Virus genome (UHGV): UHGV-0051534
From: a virus
Reading direction: 5' to 3' (one strand)
DNA: 37,595 nt
The notes under the pieces are model-generated. The model was not told the origin of the DNA. It made no database searches and saw only the letters and a list, made by a program, of their open reading frames with translations. A program made the position numbers and the translations under genes. Shown in pieces: positions 1-8,137 of this stretch. Numbering within the stretch: the first letter of the stretch is position 1; every line of letters begins with the position of its first letter.

Positions 1-49
1 ATGTTTGCAGTTTCAAGGCATTTCCTTAAATCTGATGGTGATGCCCTGT

Positions 50-712
50 TCATGCTGCACGCTCCCGCCCCTGGTTGTCTGTTGGTGACAGCGGAGCATT
101 GCTGAATGCATTTGTTAATCTGGCAATATCCAACGCGTATCCAGGGTGTAGTTGCACTGCCGGGTCTTCGCACTGATTACCCCAAACATCGAAACCATGA
201 GACGACTGGCGGGCGAACAGTTCAATGCGAGAAACATCGCCTAACAATTGCACAAGTTTTTCACGAACGATATCTGGTTTTCTTGAATGCTCAAGCCGCG
301 GTGCGGTAAATGACTGAACGATCCCTGCATTAATGCGCGTAGGTAGTTTTCCCTTTACTGCAAACAGGCAATCTTCACTATTGGCGCGAGTCATGTGACC
401 CATACCCATAACCAGTTTATCTGGTTGTCGACTACCACATTTTATCCACGTGAATCCCTTCATGGTCATCAGACGGAATCCCCAGGCCTCAACAACTTTT
501 AGTGCTTCGAGTGGTTGTGTTGGCACCCACCACATGGCCAACAGACAGTTTTCATCGGCCAAATCCCACACAGGAAGGCGGCAGATATCCAGCACACTCA
601 TAACCGGATATTTAAAACCGGCACCGCGATTACCATCTGCGGCTTTGTCCCGGTATACCCAGGGTGGATCTGCATAGATTAGTGTGTATTTCTTAGTCAT
701 AAACCACCCCAC
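50..712 (-). CDS. DNA N6-adenine methyltransferase (orphan Dam-like, phage type)
   Basis: 220-aa ORF; N-terminus MTKKYTLIYADPPW carries the DPPW/DPPY motif of amino-methyltransferases; start is ATG at 700 or GTG at 712; overlaps the stop of the upstream small ORF. Confidence 0.8.
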   Translation of the reverse strand: MGWFMTKKYTLIYADPPWVYRDKAADGNRGAGFKYPVMSVLDICRLPVWDLADENCLLAMWWVPTQPLEALKVVEAWGFRLMTMKGFTWIKCGSRQPDKLVMGMGHMTRANSEDCLFAVKGKLPTRINAGIVQSFTAPRLEHSRKPDIVREKLVQLLGDVSRIELFARQSSHGFDVWGNQCEDPAVQLHPGYALDIARLTNAFSNAPLSPTDNQGRERAA

Positions 713-959
713 AACATCCTATGCCGCTATAGTCGCCACGGCGAAGGCCGTTACCTTTTGTGATACATTGGTCCCTGCGAACCGCGATCCTTGCACGCTC
801 AACATCACCAGAAGCAACATCCATACACTGAAGCCAAAGGTGAGCGGCAATGCGGAACTGCCCTTTTTTCTCTCTTTCAATCGCGCGTTTTTCGATCTCT
901 ATCGCCGCAGGAGTAACGGCGACAATCTTTGACGGACTGCGCATTGAAACCTTGTTCAT
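693..959 (-). CDS. hypothetical small protein
   Basis: ORF 693..992 in track; internal ATGs at 959 and 944 (the latter with AAGG upstream); 3' end overlaps methyltransferase start, suggesting coupling; no recognisable motif. Confidence 0.35.
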   Translation of the reverse strand: MNKVSMRSPSKIVAVTPAAIEIEKRAIEREKKGQFRIAAHLWLQCMDVASGDVERARIAVRRDQCITKGNGLRRGDYSGIGCCGVVYD

Positions 960-1101
960 GTGATATTTTTCAAGTCGGCTTAACTTTCTCACTTAATCCA
1001 ACCCTCTCTGAAAATTAATGCCAGCAGATAAAGCCATGCTGAAACAGAGGCCAGGAATAAGTACCATCCTGACCATTTGCTCCAGTGCCTTAGCAGCACA
1101 C

Positions 1102-1350
1102 TCATGCCGCGTTGCTCACGGGACGATATACACGTTGCTGAACAGGAGGTTTTTTACCCTGGAACTCTGCCGGGCTTGCTGCCTGACGTTCATCAAGCCA
1201 ACGCTCAACTTCATCACGGTTCCATGCGCAGCGTTTATCGGTGATATACCAGCGTTTAGGAAATTCCCCTGCGCGCTCCATACGGTCGATAGTGCTCCAT
1301 GACAGTGGAACCACCGCCAGGAGTTCCTTCTTACCTAATGCACCTTTCAT
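1102..1350 (-). CDS. AlpA-family phage transcriptional regulator / excisionase-like DNA-binding protein
   Basis: 82 aa; ELLAVVPLSWSTIDRMERAGEFPKRWYITDKRCAWNRDEVERWLDERQ matches the AlpA/Xis-like winged-helix pattern; GAGG RBS upstream of ATG 1350. Confidence 0.7.
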   Translation of the reverse strand: MKGALGKKELLAVVPLSWSTIDRMERAGEFPKRWYITDKRCAWNRDEVERWLDERQAASPAEFQGKKPPVQQRVYRPVSNAA

Positions 1351-1399
1351 AAATACCTCTCTTGGTTGCAGTGCGGCGCGCGTGGCGCCGCGGTGGTGG

Positions 1400-2341
1400 T
1401 TACATAGATGTTTCGTTTAATTCTTCCCGACGAACGCTGTAAACGTCGGTGGCTTTTGCCAGCAGTTCGTCATCATCTGAAAGTTTTTGTGCAATGTATT
1501 TGTAAGCCTTATCCAGTTCGGAGACAGTGCTGTAATTCATCGCTGCGCTGGTAAAGGCCATCAGCATTTCTTCTGGATCACGGCTGTCCGATTTACGCGT
1601 TTGCTCATCAGGCTTTTTCGCTGGTTTAGCGTTGATCAGACTGTTCATTCCCGCAGCAGTGGTCGTTTGCGGAGTAATGTCTCGCTCAACGCGCGGTGCC
1701 GTTTCCTGTAATTCGTCTGGGGTGTAGACGCCCATGATTACGTCAGGACAGTGCAGGCGAGACCAGCGTTTTGTCGCAAGGTATGCGAGTTGTTGTTTCG
1801 GATCACTGGCCCAAAGTGTGGAGTTTCTTACCTGTGCTTGAGACAGCATTAACTCAAGCACTCGAGGTTGATCCTCGCCCTTCATGGTTGCCCATACGCG
1901 AACACCGCAGCCTTCTTCGTCTTTTAGAGTCCAGCCTGGTGCGATATATGGATTGCCGTTTTTGGATGTTTTCTCAACAAACTTACCGATCACGCGTTCC
2001 CACGGCCCGAACCACTCGTAGTTGATGCGATCTTTTGTTGGCGACATCGTTGAGATAACTGCGTTTACTAATTGGGCTTCATAACCTAGCGTGCCGTTCA
2101 CAACATGGGTTTTCTGAGCCACGGCAAACGGGTTCATTCCCCACTGCGCAGCCTGCATTGCCACGGCCATGCAATCAGCTGGTTTCCCGGCGAGGTGCGC
2201 CGGTACCGTTACGCGGCTTTGCGCCATTACCTCGGCGAATTTCATCAGTTGGTTCAAGCCGTCTGGGCTGAAAATAGTTGCAGCAGTTCCAGCGATTGCT
2301 GTGTCTACTGGTGCGTTGATGTTTGCGATGTCGTTGCTCAT
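1400..2341 (-). CDS. RecT/Red-beta family single-strand annealing protein
   Basis: 313 aa from ATG 2341; start overlaps the exonuclease stop (ATGA coupling); C-terminal region with WSRLHCPDVI and ERDITP resembles RecT/Bet annealases; sits next to an exonuclease as in RecET/Red modules. Confidence 0.7.
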   Translation of the reverse strand: MSNDIANINAPVDTAIAGTAATIFSPDGLNQLMKFAEVMAQSRVTVPAHLAGKPADCMAVAMQAAQWGMNPFAVAQKTHVVNGTLGYEAQLVNAVISTMSPTKDRINYEWFGPWERVIGKFVEKTSKNGNPYIAPGWTLKDEEGCGVRVWATMKGEDQPRVLELMLSQAQVRNSTLWASDPKQQLAYLATKRWSRLHCPDVIMGVYTPDELQETAPRVERDITPQTTTAAGMNSLINAKPAKKPDEQTRKSDSRDPEEMLMAFTSAAMNYSTVSELDKAYKYIAQKLSDDDELLAKATDVYSVRREELNETSM

Positions 2342-3159
2342 ATGTACATATCCTGTTTGCGTGCCCACTCAGGGCGTTTAATGATTTCCACACCGCCCCA
2401 TTCATCATTGATGCGGCATTCGTGATAGGTATTCAGATCCCGGCGGAACAGAGCGTGCCCGGCATCGACATCCTGCGCATCCAGCTCGAACACGCGTACC
2501 GGATACCGACCACAATCAATGCTTTCGCTCACGGCAAGAAAGAAAAAACCATGCGGCTGACCAGTAACCCTCATTGCGCCTTCGCGGTACATTGCGTCCT
2601 GCACGTGGTAGCGGAATTCCTCGATGTGGCGTGCAAAACGGTCCATATCTGCAACCTTTTTCACGTCGACGATCACGTTGTGCTCGTTCAGCCATTTGTC
2701 TGGACGAATTCGGCACAACTCCCCCGTCTCTTCATCGTTCCAGTACATTGATGCTTCGCAGTAACCAGGTGCTTCCAGCATCCAGCGTGCCGCCGGGTGA
2801 GCCATTGCGCTATCACGCATCAGCTCCAGTTTCCGCCACTGCTCGTCATCAAGTACCGTAATCCCCATATCCGCCACATCACGAAGAAATTCCTCTTCGT
2901 CAGCTTTACCTTGTTTCGTCCGACGATCGAATTTCGGTGAAACAATGAAGCGTTTGTCGAACTCTCCAGGCTCCAGAAGCAGACAGTGCAATGCGGTTCC
3001 CATATCCAGTGCAGACTTTTTCTCTTCGTCTTCTGGTGCTGCCTGAACCCATTTAAGAAGCGCCGGATTCTTGGCAACCATGTCCAGTTGCGACTTACTC
3101 ACGCCGTCACCGGCGTGGTAGTCTTCGTTGCTGATGTCGAAATAAATTCCCGGTTTCAT
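2338..3159 (-). CDS. RecE-like PD-(D/E)XK exonuclease
   Basis: 273 aa; N-terminus MKPGIYFDISNEDYHAGDGVSKSQLD is typical of phage RecE-like exonucleases; GAGGGA RBS; coupled to the downstream annealase. Confidence 0.7.
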   Translation of the reverse strand: MKPGIYFDISNEDYHAGDGVSKSQLDMVAKNPALLKWVQAAPEDEEKKSALDMGTALHCLLLEPGEFDKRFIVSPKFDRRTKQGKADEEEFLRDVADMGITVLDDEQWRKLELMRDSAMAHPAARWMLEAPGYCEASMYWNDEETGELCRIRPDKWLNEHNVIVDVKKVADMDRFARHIEEFRYHVQDAMYREGAMRVTGQPHGFFFLAVSESIDCGRYPVRVFELDAQDVDAGHALFRRDLNTYHECRINDEWGGVEIIKRPEWARKQDMYI

Positions 3160-3455
3160 GCCGCGTCCCTCTGCCCATCAAGCTGATCAGCCAGATCCCA
3201 GCGGGCGATAATTGCCATTGCCTCGCGCCGGTAGGCATCCATTAGTTCTTCGAACTCAGGGCTGTCTTTAGCGGCCTCCAGTACTTCCTGGCGAACGCCT
3301 TTAACTGTTACAACGTCGAAAGTTGATGCCAGTTGATGAAGCCGGATACTCTCAATCAGTTCAACTTGTCGGTCATATAGCTGTTCTGACAGACGGTAGT
3401 CCTTGTCGAATGCCAGCATGATTTTTTGAAGATTTTTCTGCTGATTAACGTTCAT
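3156..3455 (-). CDS. hypothetical early protein
   Basis: 99 aa from ATG 3455 (MNVNQQKN...) with strong GGGAGGG RBS; stop overlaps exonuclease start. Confidence 0.5.
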   Translation of the reverse strand: MNVNQQKNLQKIMLAFDKDYRLSEQLYDRQVELIESIRLHQLASTFDVVTVKGVRQEVLEAAKDSPEFEELMDAYRREAMAIIARWDLADQLDGQRDAA

Positions 3456-3612
3456 TATCAGCCCTCCCATATCTCTCGTTATCGTTGGCCACATCGCGAG
3501 CTTCTTTGCTGACGAAAGCCCACTTAATGCCTTCCTGTAAGGTGCGGAACTTCCAGCTCATGAATCCGCATGCAGTAACGCAGTACCAACCGTTGATGAT
3601 TTTCCACTGCAT
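3445..3612 (-). CDS. small hypothetical protein, first ORF of leftward early transcript (55 aa)
   Basis: ATG 3612 with GAGG upstream; translates MQWKIINGWYCVTACGFMSWKFRTLQEGIKWAFVSKEARDVANDNERYGRADNER; stop overlaps the next start; below the 60-aa track threshold. Confidence 0.3.
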   Translation of the reverse strand: MQWKIINGWYCVTACGFMSWKFRTLQEGIKWAFVSKEARDVANDNERYGRADNER

Positions 3613-3618
3613 AACTTG

Positions 3619-3708
3619 TTACCTCGGTCTGTTACCGTTGAGGTAATAATTATGCGTATATGGTTTGATGTCAATAGATATGAGTTAAAAAAATTACCCG
3701 TTAGGTAA
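3619..3708 (-). promoter_or_regulatory. leftward early promoter region with operator-like inverted repeats
   Basis: Consensus -35 TTGACA on the minus strand (forward tgtcaa 3669-3674); flanked by TTACC-GTTGA-GGTAA (3632-3646), a TTACC half-site (3619-3623) and TTACC-CGTTA-GGTAA (3694-3708). Confidence 0.5.
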
Positions 3709-3720
3709 TCGAATAGGCAA

Positions 3721-3745
3721 TAAAAAAGCCGCCATAAGGCGGCTT
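3721..3745 (-). terminator. rho-independent terminator after repressor gene
   Basis: On the minus strand, hairpin AAGCCGCC-TTAT-GGCGGCTT followed by a T-run, about 20 nt after the repressor stop. Confidence 0.6.
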
Positions 3746-3765
3746 ACTTACTGAAAAATATGGTT

Positions 3766-4350
3766 TTATTTTTTGTTTTTTTCGTTCTGGTTGATGACAA
3801 ATTCAATGTAACTTTCGATCTTTGCTTTCTCGGTTTCGGGTAACAATGCGTAGCGCGAGCGATCATAGTTGATGGTCGCAGGGTCGTGCGGGTGAATCAG
3901 TAATTCATAGCCGTGACGCCCGAATGCGGATGCAACATTCTCCAGGGTGGAAATGGAAACGCTGACCTCATTGTTTAACAGGCGGCTGATTGTCACCTGG
4001 GCTACGCCGGATGCGCGGTGAAGTTTTCCCTGTGTTGAAAGGTCGCGGCTTTCGCTCATCCAGCGTTCCAGGTTGTGAGCCGCCAGCTGGCCAATGTCGC
4101 TTGGGCCGACAGGCTGAAAACCTTCCTGAGAAAGCGAGCGATCGATATCAAGCCAGTTACGGGGTTTATTGGCGGCAGCTTCAATTTTTCGTGCAACCTG
4201 GTCGCCGATAACCTTCTTGCCAAGAGCCCAGCGGTTTACCAGATTTGCCTGAGTTCCAAGTTTTTCAGCCATCCGCGTCTGAACACCATTGAATTCACGG
4301 TCGATCAAGTCGTTGAGATTTTGCCTGCGGACGTCCTGGATACTTTTCAT
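3766..4350 (-). CDS. immunity repressor (CI-like) with two HTH motifs and no S24 autocleavage domain
   Basis: 194 aa; HTH-like segments QTRMAEKLGTQANLVNRWALGKK and ASGVAQVTISRLLNNEVSVSISTLENVASAF; divergent from the Cro-like gene across an operator-rich gap; no peptidase-like C-terminal domain visible. Confidence 0.7.
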   Translation of the reverse strand: MKSIQDVRRQNLNDLIDREFNGVQTRMAEKLGTQANLVNRWALGKKVIGDQVARKIEAAANKPRNWLDIDRSLSQEGFQPVGPSDIGQLAAHNLERWMSESRDLSTQGKLHRASGVAQVTISRLLNNEVSVSISTLENVASAFGRHGYELLIHPHDPATINYDRSRYALLPETEKAKIESYIEFVINQNEKNKK

Positions 4351-4405
4351 TTTCTGGAAAATCGCCTCATATATGAATCAGTAGATGATTCAATTTAAAG
4401 CAATA

Positions 4406-4479
4406 TTACCCAACAGGTAAATGCACCCCACAGGTAACTATCCTTGATTTTTGTTACCTTATGGGTGAATATTTATTAT
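4406..4479. promoter_or_regulatory. tripartite operator region with candidate rightward promoter
   Basis: TTACC-CAACA-GGTAA (4406-4420), GCACC-CCACA-GGTAA (4423-4437), TTACC-TTATG-GGTGA (4454-4468); candidate promoter TTGTTA (4451-4456) -17 bp- TATTAT (4474-4479) overlaps the third site. Confidence 0.55.
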
Positions 4480-4504
4480 CTGAAATAAATATCAGGCAAT
4501 AGCT

Positions 4505-4735
4505 ATGAGCGATAACGGACATTTCGATTTCAAAAAGCACTGGCTTGCACTTACTCCGGATGAGCGTGAAGCCTTCGCACAGGAAGCCGGAACGACGAGT
4601 CACTATATCCAGACTCACTTAACAGGTAAGCGCAAAATGCCAGGTAAGGTATTGATGAATGGGCTTTTTAAAGCCTGTAAAACAAGACAATGGCTGCGCT
4701 CAAAAGCAGAATTGGCATACTTCTTCTACTCATGA
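4505..4735 (+). CDS. Cro-like HTH regulator
   Basis: 76 aa; LTPDEREAFAQEAGTTSHYIQTHLTGKRK is HTH-like; first rightward gene opposite the repressor. Confidence 0.6.
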   Translation: MSDNGHFDFKKHWLALTPDEREAFAQEAGTTSHYIQTHLTGKRKMPGKVLMNGLFKACKTRQWLRSKAELAYFFYS

Positions 4736-4756
4736 TATCCAGCCACAACCCTCTGT

Positions 4757-4780
4757 AGACCGCCATCCGGCGGTCTTTTC
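4757..4780 (+). terminator. rho-independent terminator after Cro-like gene
   Basis: Hairpin GACCGCC-ATCC-GGCGGTC followed by TTTT. Confidence 0.6.
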
Positions 4781-4790
4781 ATATCTATTC

Positions 4791-4805
4791 GTACCTCAAA
4801 GGTAA
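4791..4805. promoter_or_regulatory. operator-like inverted repeat GTACC-TCAAA-GGTAA
   Basis: Same 5-5-5 architecture as the immunity-region operators; lies between the terminator and the next gene. Confidence 0.4.
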
Positions 4806-4885
4806 TAAAAAACCAAATCTGGTTGATCTTTTTTTTGTGTCAGCACAAAATGACCGTAATCCCAATACTAATAACAGGGCTTACC

Positions 4886-5086
4886 ATGGAAATCATTACA
4901 CGTATTGATGCCGCAAAGCGCGGACTTAAACGCTACTACACCGGAAAAACATGTAAGCACGGACATGACAGTGAACGCTGGGTTTACAACGGACACTGTG
5001 TTGAGTGCACCATGGAATCAAACCGTCGTATCAGGGCAGAGATTAAGCAGATCATGATTAATTCCTCCCCACAACATTCAAGCTGA
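4886..5086 (+). CDS. small cysteine/histidine-rich (putative zinc-binding) protein
   Basis: 66 aa from ATG 4886; YTGKTCKHGHDSERWVYNGHCVEC has a C-x3-H ... C-x2-C spacing; ORF could start earlier at 4850 or 4823. Confidence 0.4.
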   Translation: MEIITRIDAAKRGLKRYYTGKTCKHGHDSERWVYNGHCVECTMESNRRIRAEIKQIMINSSPQHSS

Positions 5087-5101
5087 TAGCGGAGATTAAT
5101 C

Positions 5102-5917
5102 ATGAGCAGACATGCAACAGATTGGGCCTGGGAGACAGATCCAGGTAGCTCATCATTAAAGCTCATACTGCTCTCGATGGCTGACAGAGCCGATGAATAT
5201 AACCTCTGCTACCCCAGCATAGAACGCCTCGTTAAAGACACTTGCCTGAATAAAAAAACCGTGCAGGCCGGGCTTATATCGCTCATGAAAATGGGGCTTA
5301 TTTCAGATACCGGAGAGAGAAAGGGAGCGACAAAAAGAGTGCGGGTTTTCTCTCTTAATATAACCAAAAACGGGAACATTAAAGGCAACCGGGAGGGGGG
5401 CAATGAACCCGAAAACGGGAATATACCCGAAAACGGGAATATACCCAAAAACGGGATGTTGAATGATCCCAAAAACGGGATGTTGAATGATCCCAAAAAC
5501 GGGATCCAGAACCAGTCATATAACCAGTCATTTAACCAAGAGAGGGAGAGCAGGACAAAAAGCGGGGATTCTGTGCCTCATGACCCCGGAGCAAACAACG
5601 CCGTGATGAATAACTTTGTTCCTCCTGGTGGGCCAGGGCAATTAGGCAAATTTGTCATGCATGAACAATGGCAGCCATCAGATGACTTTCTTCGGAAAAG
5701 CTCATTGCAGGGGATCTACCTGGACAGTCTGCCAACGGCACAGGAACTTGCAGAGTTCAGAATTTACTGGATGGCTGAGGGTAAGGCATACCATCAGGCA
5801 CAGTGGGAGCAGAAGCTGGCAAGGCGGCTGCAGATTAGCAGACAGAAGCAATCAACATTACCTGATAACAACGTTCCGCACTGGAACAGCCCTGAAGCAT
5901 GGGAGGATTTCTTGTGA
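5102..5917 (+). CDS. replication initiator, lambda O-like
   Basis: 271 aa; GGAG RBS; N-terminal LKLILLSMADRADEYNLCYPSIERLVKDTCLNKKTVQAGLISLMKMGLIS resembles the O-protein DNA-binding domain; contains in-frame tandem repeats; directly precedes a lambda P homologue. Confidence 0.7.
   Translation: MSRHATDWAWETDPGSSSLKLILLSMADRADEYNLCYPSIERLVKDTCLNKKTVQAGLISLMKMGLISDTGERKGATKRVRVFSLNITKNGNIKGNREGGNEPENGNIPENGNIPKNGMLNDPKNGMLNDPKNGIQNQSYNQSFNQERESRTKSGDSVPHDPGANNAVMNNFVPPGGPGQLGKFVMHEQWQPSDDFLRKSSLQGIYLDSLPTAQELAEFRIYWMAEGKAYHQAQWEQKLARRLQISRQKQSTLPDNNVPHWNSPEAWEDFL
5363..5510 (+). repeat. iteron array inside the O-like gene, probable replication origin
   Basis: Direct repeats with core CCC(G/A)AAAACGGGA: 2 x 18 bp (5408-5425, 5426-5443), 2 x 24 bp (5444-5467, 5468-5491), degenerate copies at 5363-5380 and 5492-5510; encode PENGNI/PKNGMLND repeats; followed by a moderately AT-rich stretch. 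Confidence 0.65.
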
Positions 5918-6699
5918 ACAACGTTTTTACCGCGATACAAAACCGTGACGGAGAAGCCCTTTCTCGCATGTCAGGTTATGAGCATCAGTACGTCAACAAT
6001 GACAATGTGGTGAACATGTCAGCAGAGAGGCTTGTTGATGCCCTTTTTAAACAGCTGAAACAACTGTTTCCGGCGGCAGTGGTAACCAACCTGAAGACGC
6101 CAGAGCAGGAAGTTGCTGCAAAACAGCAGTGGATTGCTGCGTTTGCCGAAGGGGGGATCCGAACCCGTGAACAGGTTTCTGCTGGTATGCGCCACGCCCG
6201 CGCCAGTGAATCTCCGTTCTGGCCGTCTCCAGGGCAATTTATCAAGTGGTGCAAAGACAGCAAGATGGTTCTTGGCGTCACCATTGACGATGTGATGGCG
6301 GAGTTTCACCGGTACAGCAAGGAAAAAAGTTTATATCCTGGTGGTTCCGAAAGATTCCCGTGGCGACATCCGGTTATGTACTGGGTCGTATGTGATACCC
6401 GCCGTGCAATGTATCAGCGCCAGCTTAGCGAGATTGAGGTTGAGAAACACGCACGCAGGCTGCTCGATGATTGGGCGAAAAAGGTGGCTTCCGGACAGCA
6501 GATACCCGATCCGGTGATCAGCATACAGGCAAAGCCAGAGCCCATGAGTACGCCTCCGGACACAGGGAGAGACGTTTACCATCCACCAGGGCGAAGTTTC
6601 GGGTGCATGCCTAACGCCGCCACCCTTGGGGGAATAACACCGGCGCAGTGGCTGATGGAGGAATACAGGCGGGGAAAGGCGGCAGGATTTATCAAGTAA
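5899..6699 (+). CDS. P: replication protein P-like helicase loader
   Basis: EQVSAGMRHARASESPFWPSPGQFIKWCKD aligns with lambda P EQVNAGMRVARRQNRPFLPSPGQFVAWCRE (recalled from memory); start is ATG 5899 or GTG 5914 overlapping the O-like stop. Confidence 0.8.
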   Translation: MGGFLVNNVFTAIQNRDGEALSRMSGYEHQYVNNDNVVNMSAERLVDALFKQLKQLFPAAVVTNLKTPEQEVAAKQQWIAAFAEGGIRTREQVSAGMRHARASESPFWPSPGQFIKWCKDSKMVLGVTIDDVMAEFHRYSKEKSLYPGGSERFPWRHPVMYWVVCDTRRAMYQRQLSEIEVEKHARRLLDDWAKKVASGQQIPDPVISIQAKPEPMSTPPDTGRDVYHPPGRSFGCMPNAATLGGITPAQWLMEEYRRGKAAGFIK

Positions 6700-6704
6700 T
6701 ACCA

Positions 6705-6724
6705 GCGCGATAGCGCATTTTTTT
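6705..6724 (+). terminator. weak intrinsic terminator after P-like gene
   Basis: Short hairpin GCGC-GATA-GCGC followed by ATTTTTTT; stem is only 4 bp. Confidence 0.3.
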
Positions 6725-6736
6725 ACGCCTCGACAA

Positions 6737-6813
6737 TTACCTGTTAGGTAATAAAATATTCTAAAATCTATTGATTTCGTGTCTTATGTGGTTTTTAATT
6801 ACCTCAGAGGTAA
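6737..6813. promoter_or_regulatory. two operator-like inverted repeats upstream of the DUF1064-like gene
   Basis: TTACC-TGTTA-GGTAA (6737-6751) and TTACC-TCAGA-GGTAA (6799-6813); the second abuts the ATG at 6817. Confidence 0.45.
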
Positions 6814-6816
6814 ATC

Positions 6817-7161
6817 ATGAGAAAACAGATACAGGCTCTTGGTCGACTCAAAACAGGTCAGATGAACAAAACAGAATCTGCGTATTGCCAGCACCTTGAG
6901 CTGCGTAAACGTGCAGGAGAAATCGTCTGGTATCGATTTGAGGGTATCAAGCTGCGGTTAGCTGACAACACGTTCTATACGCCCGATTTTGCTGTGATGC
7001 TCGCCACCGGCGAGATGGAACTGCACGAAGTGAAAGGTTTCTGGACCGACGACGCCAGGGTGAAAACCAAAGTCGCCGCAGATCAGTATCCGTTCCGAAT
7101 CATCGGGGTAACGGTTAAGCCAAAGAAAGCAGGTGGTGGCTGGAACATCGAAGAGTTCTGA
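6817..7161 (+). CDS. DUF1064-like phage protein
   Basis: 114 aa; pattern FYTPDFAV...ELHEVKGFWTDDARVKTKVAADQYP recalled as DUF1064-like, a family common in lambdoid nin regions. Confidence 0.45.
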   Translation: MRKQIQALGRLKTGQMNKTESAYCQHLELRKRAGEIVWYRFEGIKLRLADNTFYTPDFAVMLATGEMELHEVKGFWTDDARVKTKVAADQYPFRIIGVTVKPKKAGGGWNIEEF

Positions 7162-7222
7162 ATCGACGATCTTTTTAGTTATCAATGTAATCAATAAGTT
7201 ATGTGGATAAACGAGGGTAAAG

Positions 7223-7840
7223 ATGGAAAGTAATATCAAAGGGTTAGTTGCCGCCGGGCATGAGATGGCTTCGGAACTGAAAGCTGAATGTGGTGCCGTT
7301 GATATGCGCAGTGTGGCAAAGCTGATCAGCGATTTGGCAACGCAACTGGAAGTGCAACTGGTGCGTGCTAATGCGCTTGCGGCGGAGAATGCGGGGCTTA
7401 AGGCCTTCAAAACCGCCGTTTATCAGCAGATGGGCGTCGGATGTGATGCTCCTGAATTCTCCATTACGGTAGGTTTGAGTAACTTACGTCGTTTTGCTGA
7501 CACACTCCACGCCATTGAGCGTGAGTTCTTTACCAAAGAGCTACCTGATGAAGAGCACGAAGGCGAAACATTCAATGAATGTCCACTTAGCTGGGGAATG
7601 AGCGTCGAACAGTACGTTTCCGAGTTTCGCAAATGCCTGGCTGAAGTACGTGCGCAGGGCGTGGATGCTGCTATAGAAGCTGCAAAAAATCTGGTGGCCC
7701 AAGAATATGAGTATAAGGATTTCAAAGCGGCGCAGAGTGATTGCTGTATGCACCCTGGTTCAGACCTGGTAGGGAAGGTTGAAATGACTGAGTGGTTAGT
7801 TGACTTTGCTGCCCAGCTTCGCAAAGGAGGCAACCAGTGA
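7223..7840 (+). CDS. hypothetical early accessory protein
   Basis: 205 aa with GAGGG RBS; no recognisable motif; stop overlaps next start. Confidence 0.5.
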   Translation: MESNIKGLVAAGHEMASELKAECGAVDMRSVAKLISDLATQLEVQLVRANALAAENAGLKAFKTAVYQQMGVGCDAPEFSITVGLSNLRRFADTLHAIEREFFTKELPDEEHEGETFNECPLSWGMSVEQYVSEFRKCLAEVRAQGVDAAIEAAKNLVAQEYEYKDFKAAQSDCCMHPGSDLVGKVEMTEWLVDFAAQLRKGGNQ

Positions 7841-8136
7841 CTGTATGTCTTATTGATAAACGTCGACGCGGGCAACAAATACCATCTGTTGAAATGCCGA
7901 ATCACACATGGTTTTGCGTACTTGATATCGATGGTATGGATACGTTGGTTGACACTCGTCATTACTGCGATACCGCAACAGCTACTCCGGCGAAAGCAAA
8001 GAAAATGGCTGCTCTGATAGAAAACTGGACTCCACCTGATGGTTGGTGCAATGGGAATGATCGAGATTGGCACGAAAAAATGAAGGGCTATATCTGCGAT
8101 TTTTTACGTAAATGCAACGGCTTCAGGGTGATGTGA
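7837..8136 (+). CDS. hypothetical early accessory protein
   Basis: 99 aa, Cys/Trp-rich; start overlaps previous stop. Confidence 0.45.
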   Translation: MTVCLIDKRRRGQQIPSVEMPNHTWFCVLDIDGMDTLVDTRHYCDTATATPAKAKKMAALIENWTPPDGWCNGNDRDWHEKMKGYICDFLRKCNGFRVM

Positions 8137-8137
8137 T

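Noticed and set aside
1018-1302. Plus-strand 94-aa ORF overlapping the AlpA-like gene
   Set aside because: Antisense to a gene with a clear family signature and RBS; no RBS of its own; composition typical of a shadow ORF.
5363-5510. Tandem repeats considered as a possible CRISPR array or VNTR
   Set aside because: The repeats are contiguous with no unique spacers, are multiples of 3 bp inside an ORF and match the known iteron organisation of lambdoid origins.
7423-8073. 216-aa minus-strand ORF across the early accessory genes
   Set aside because: Runs antisense across three coupled plus-strand genes; Ser/Cys-rich nonsense-like translation.
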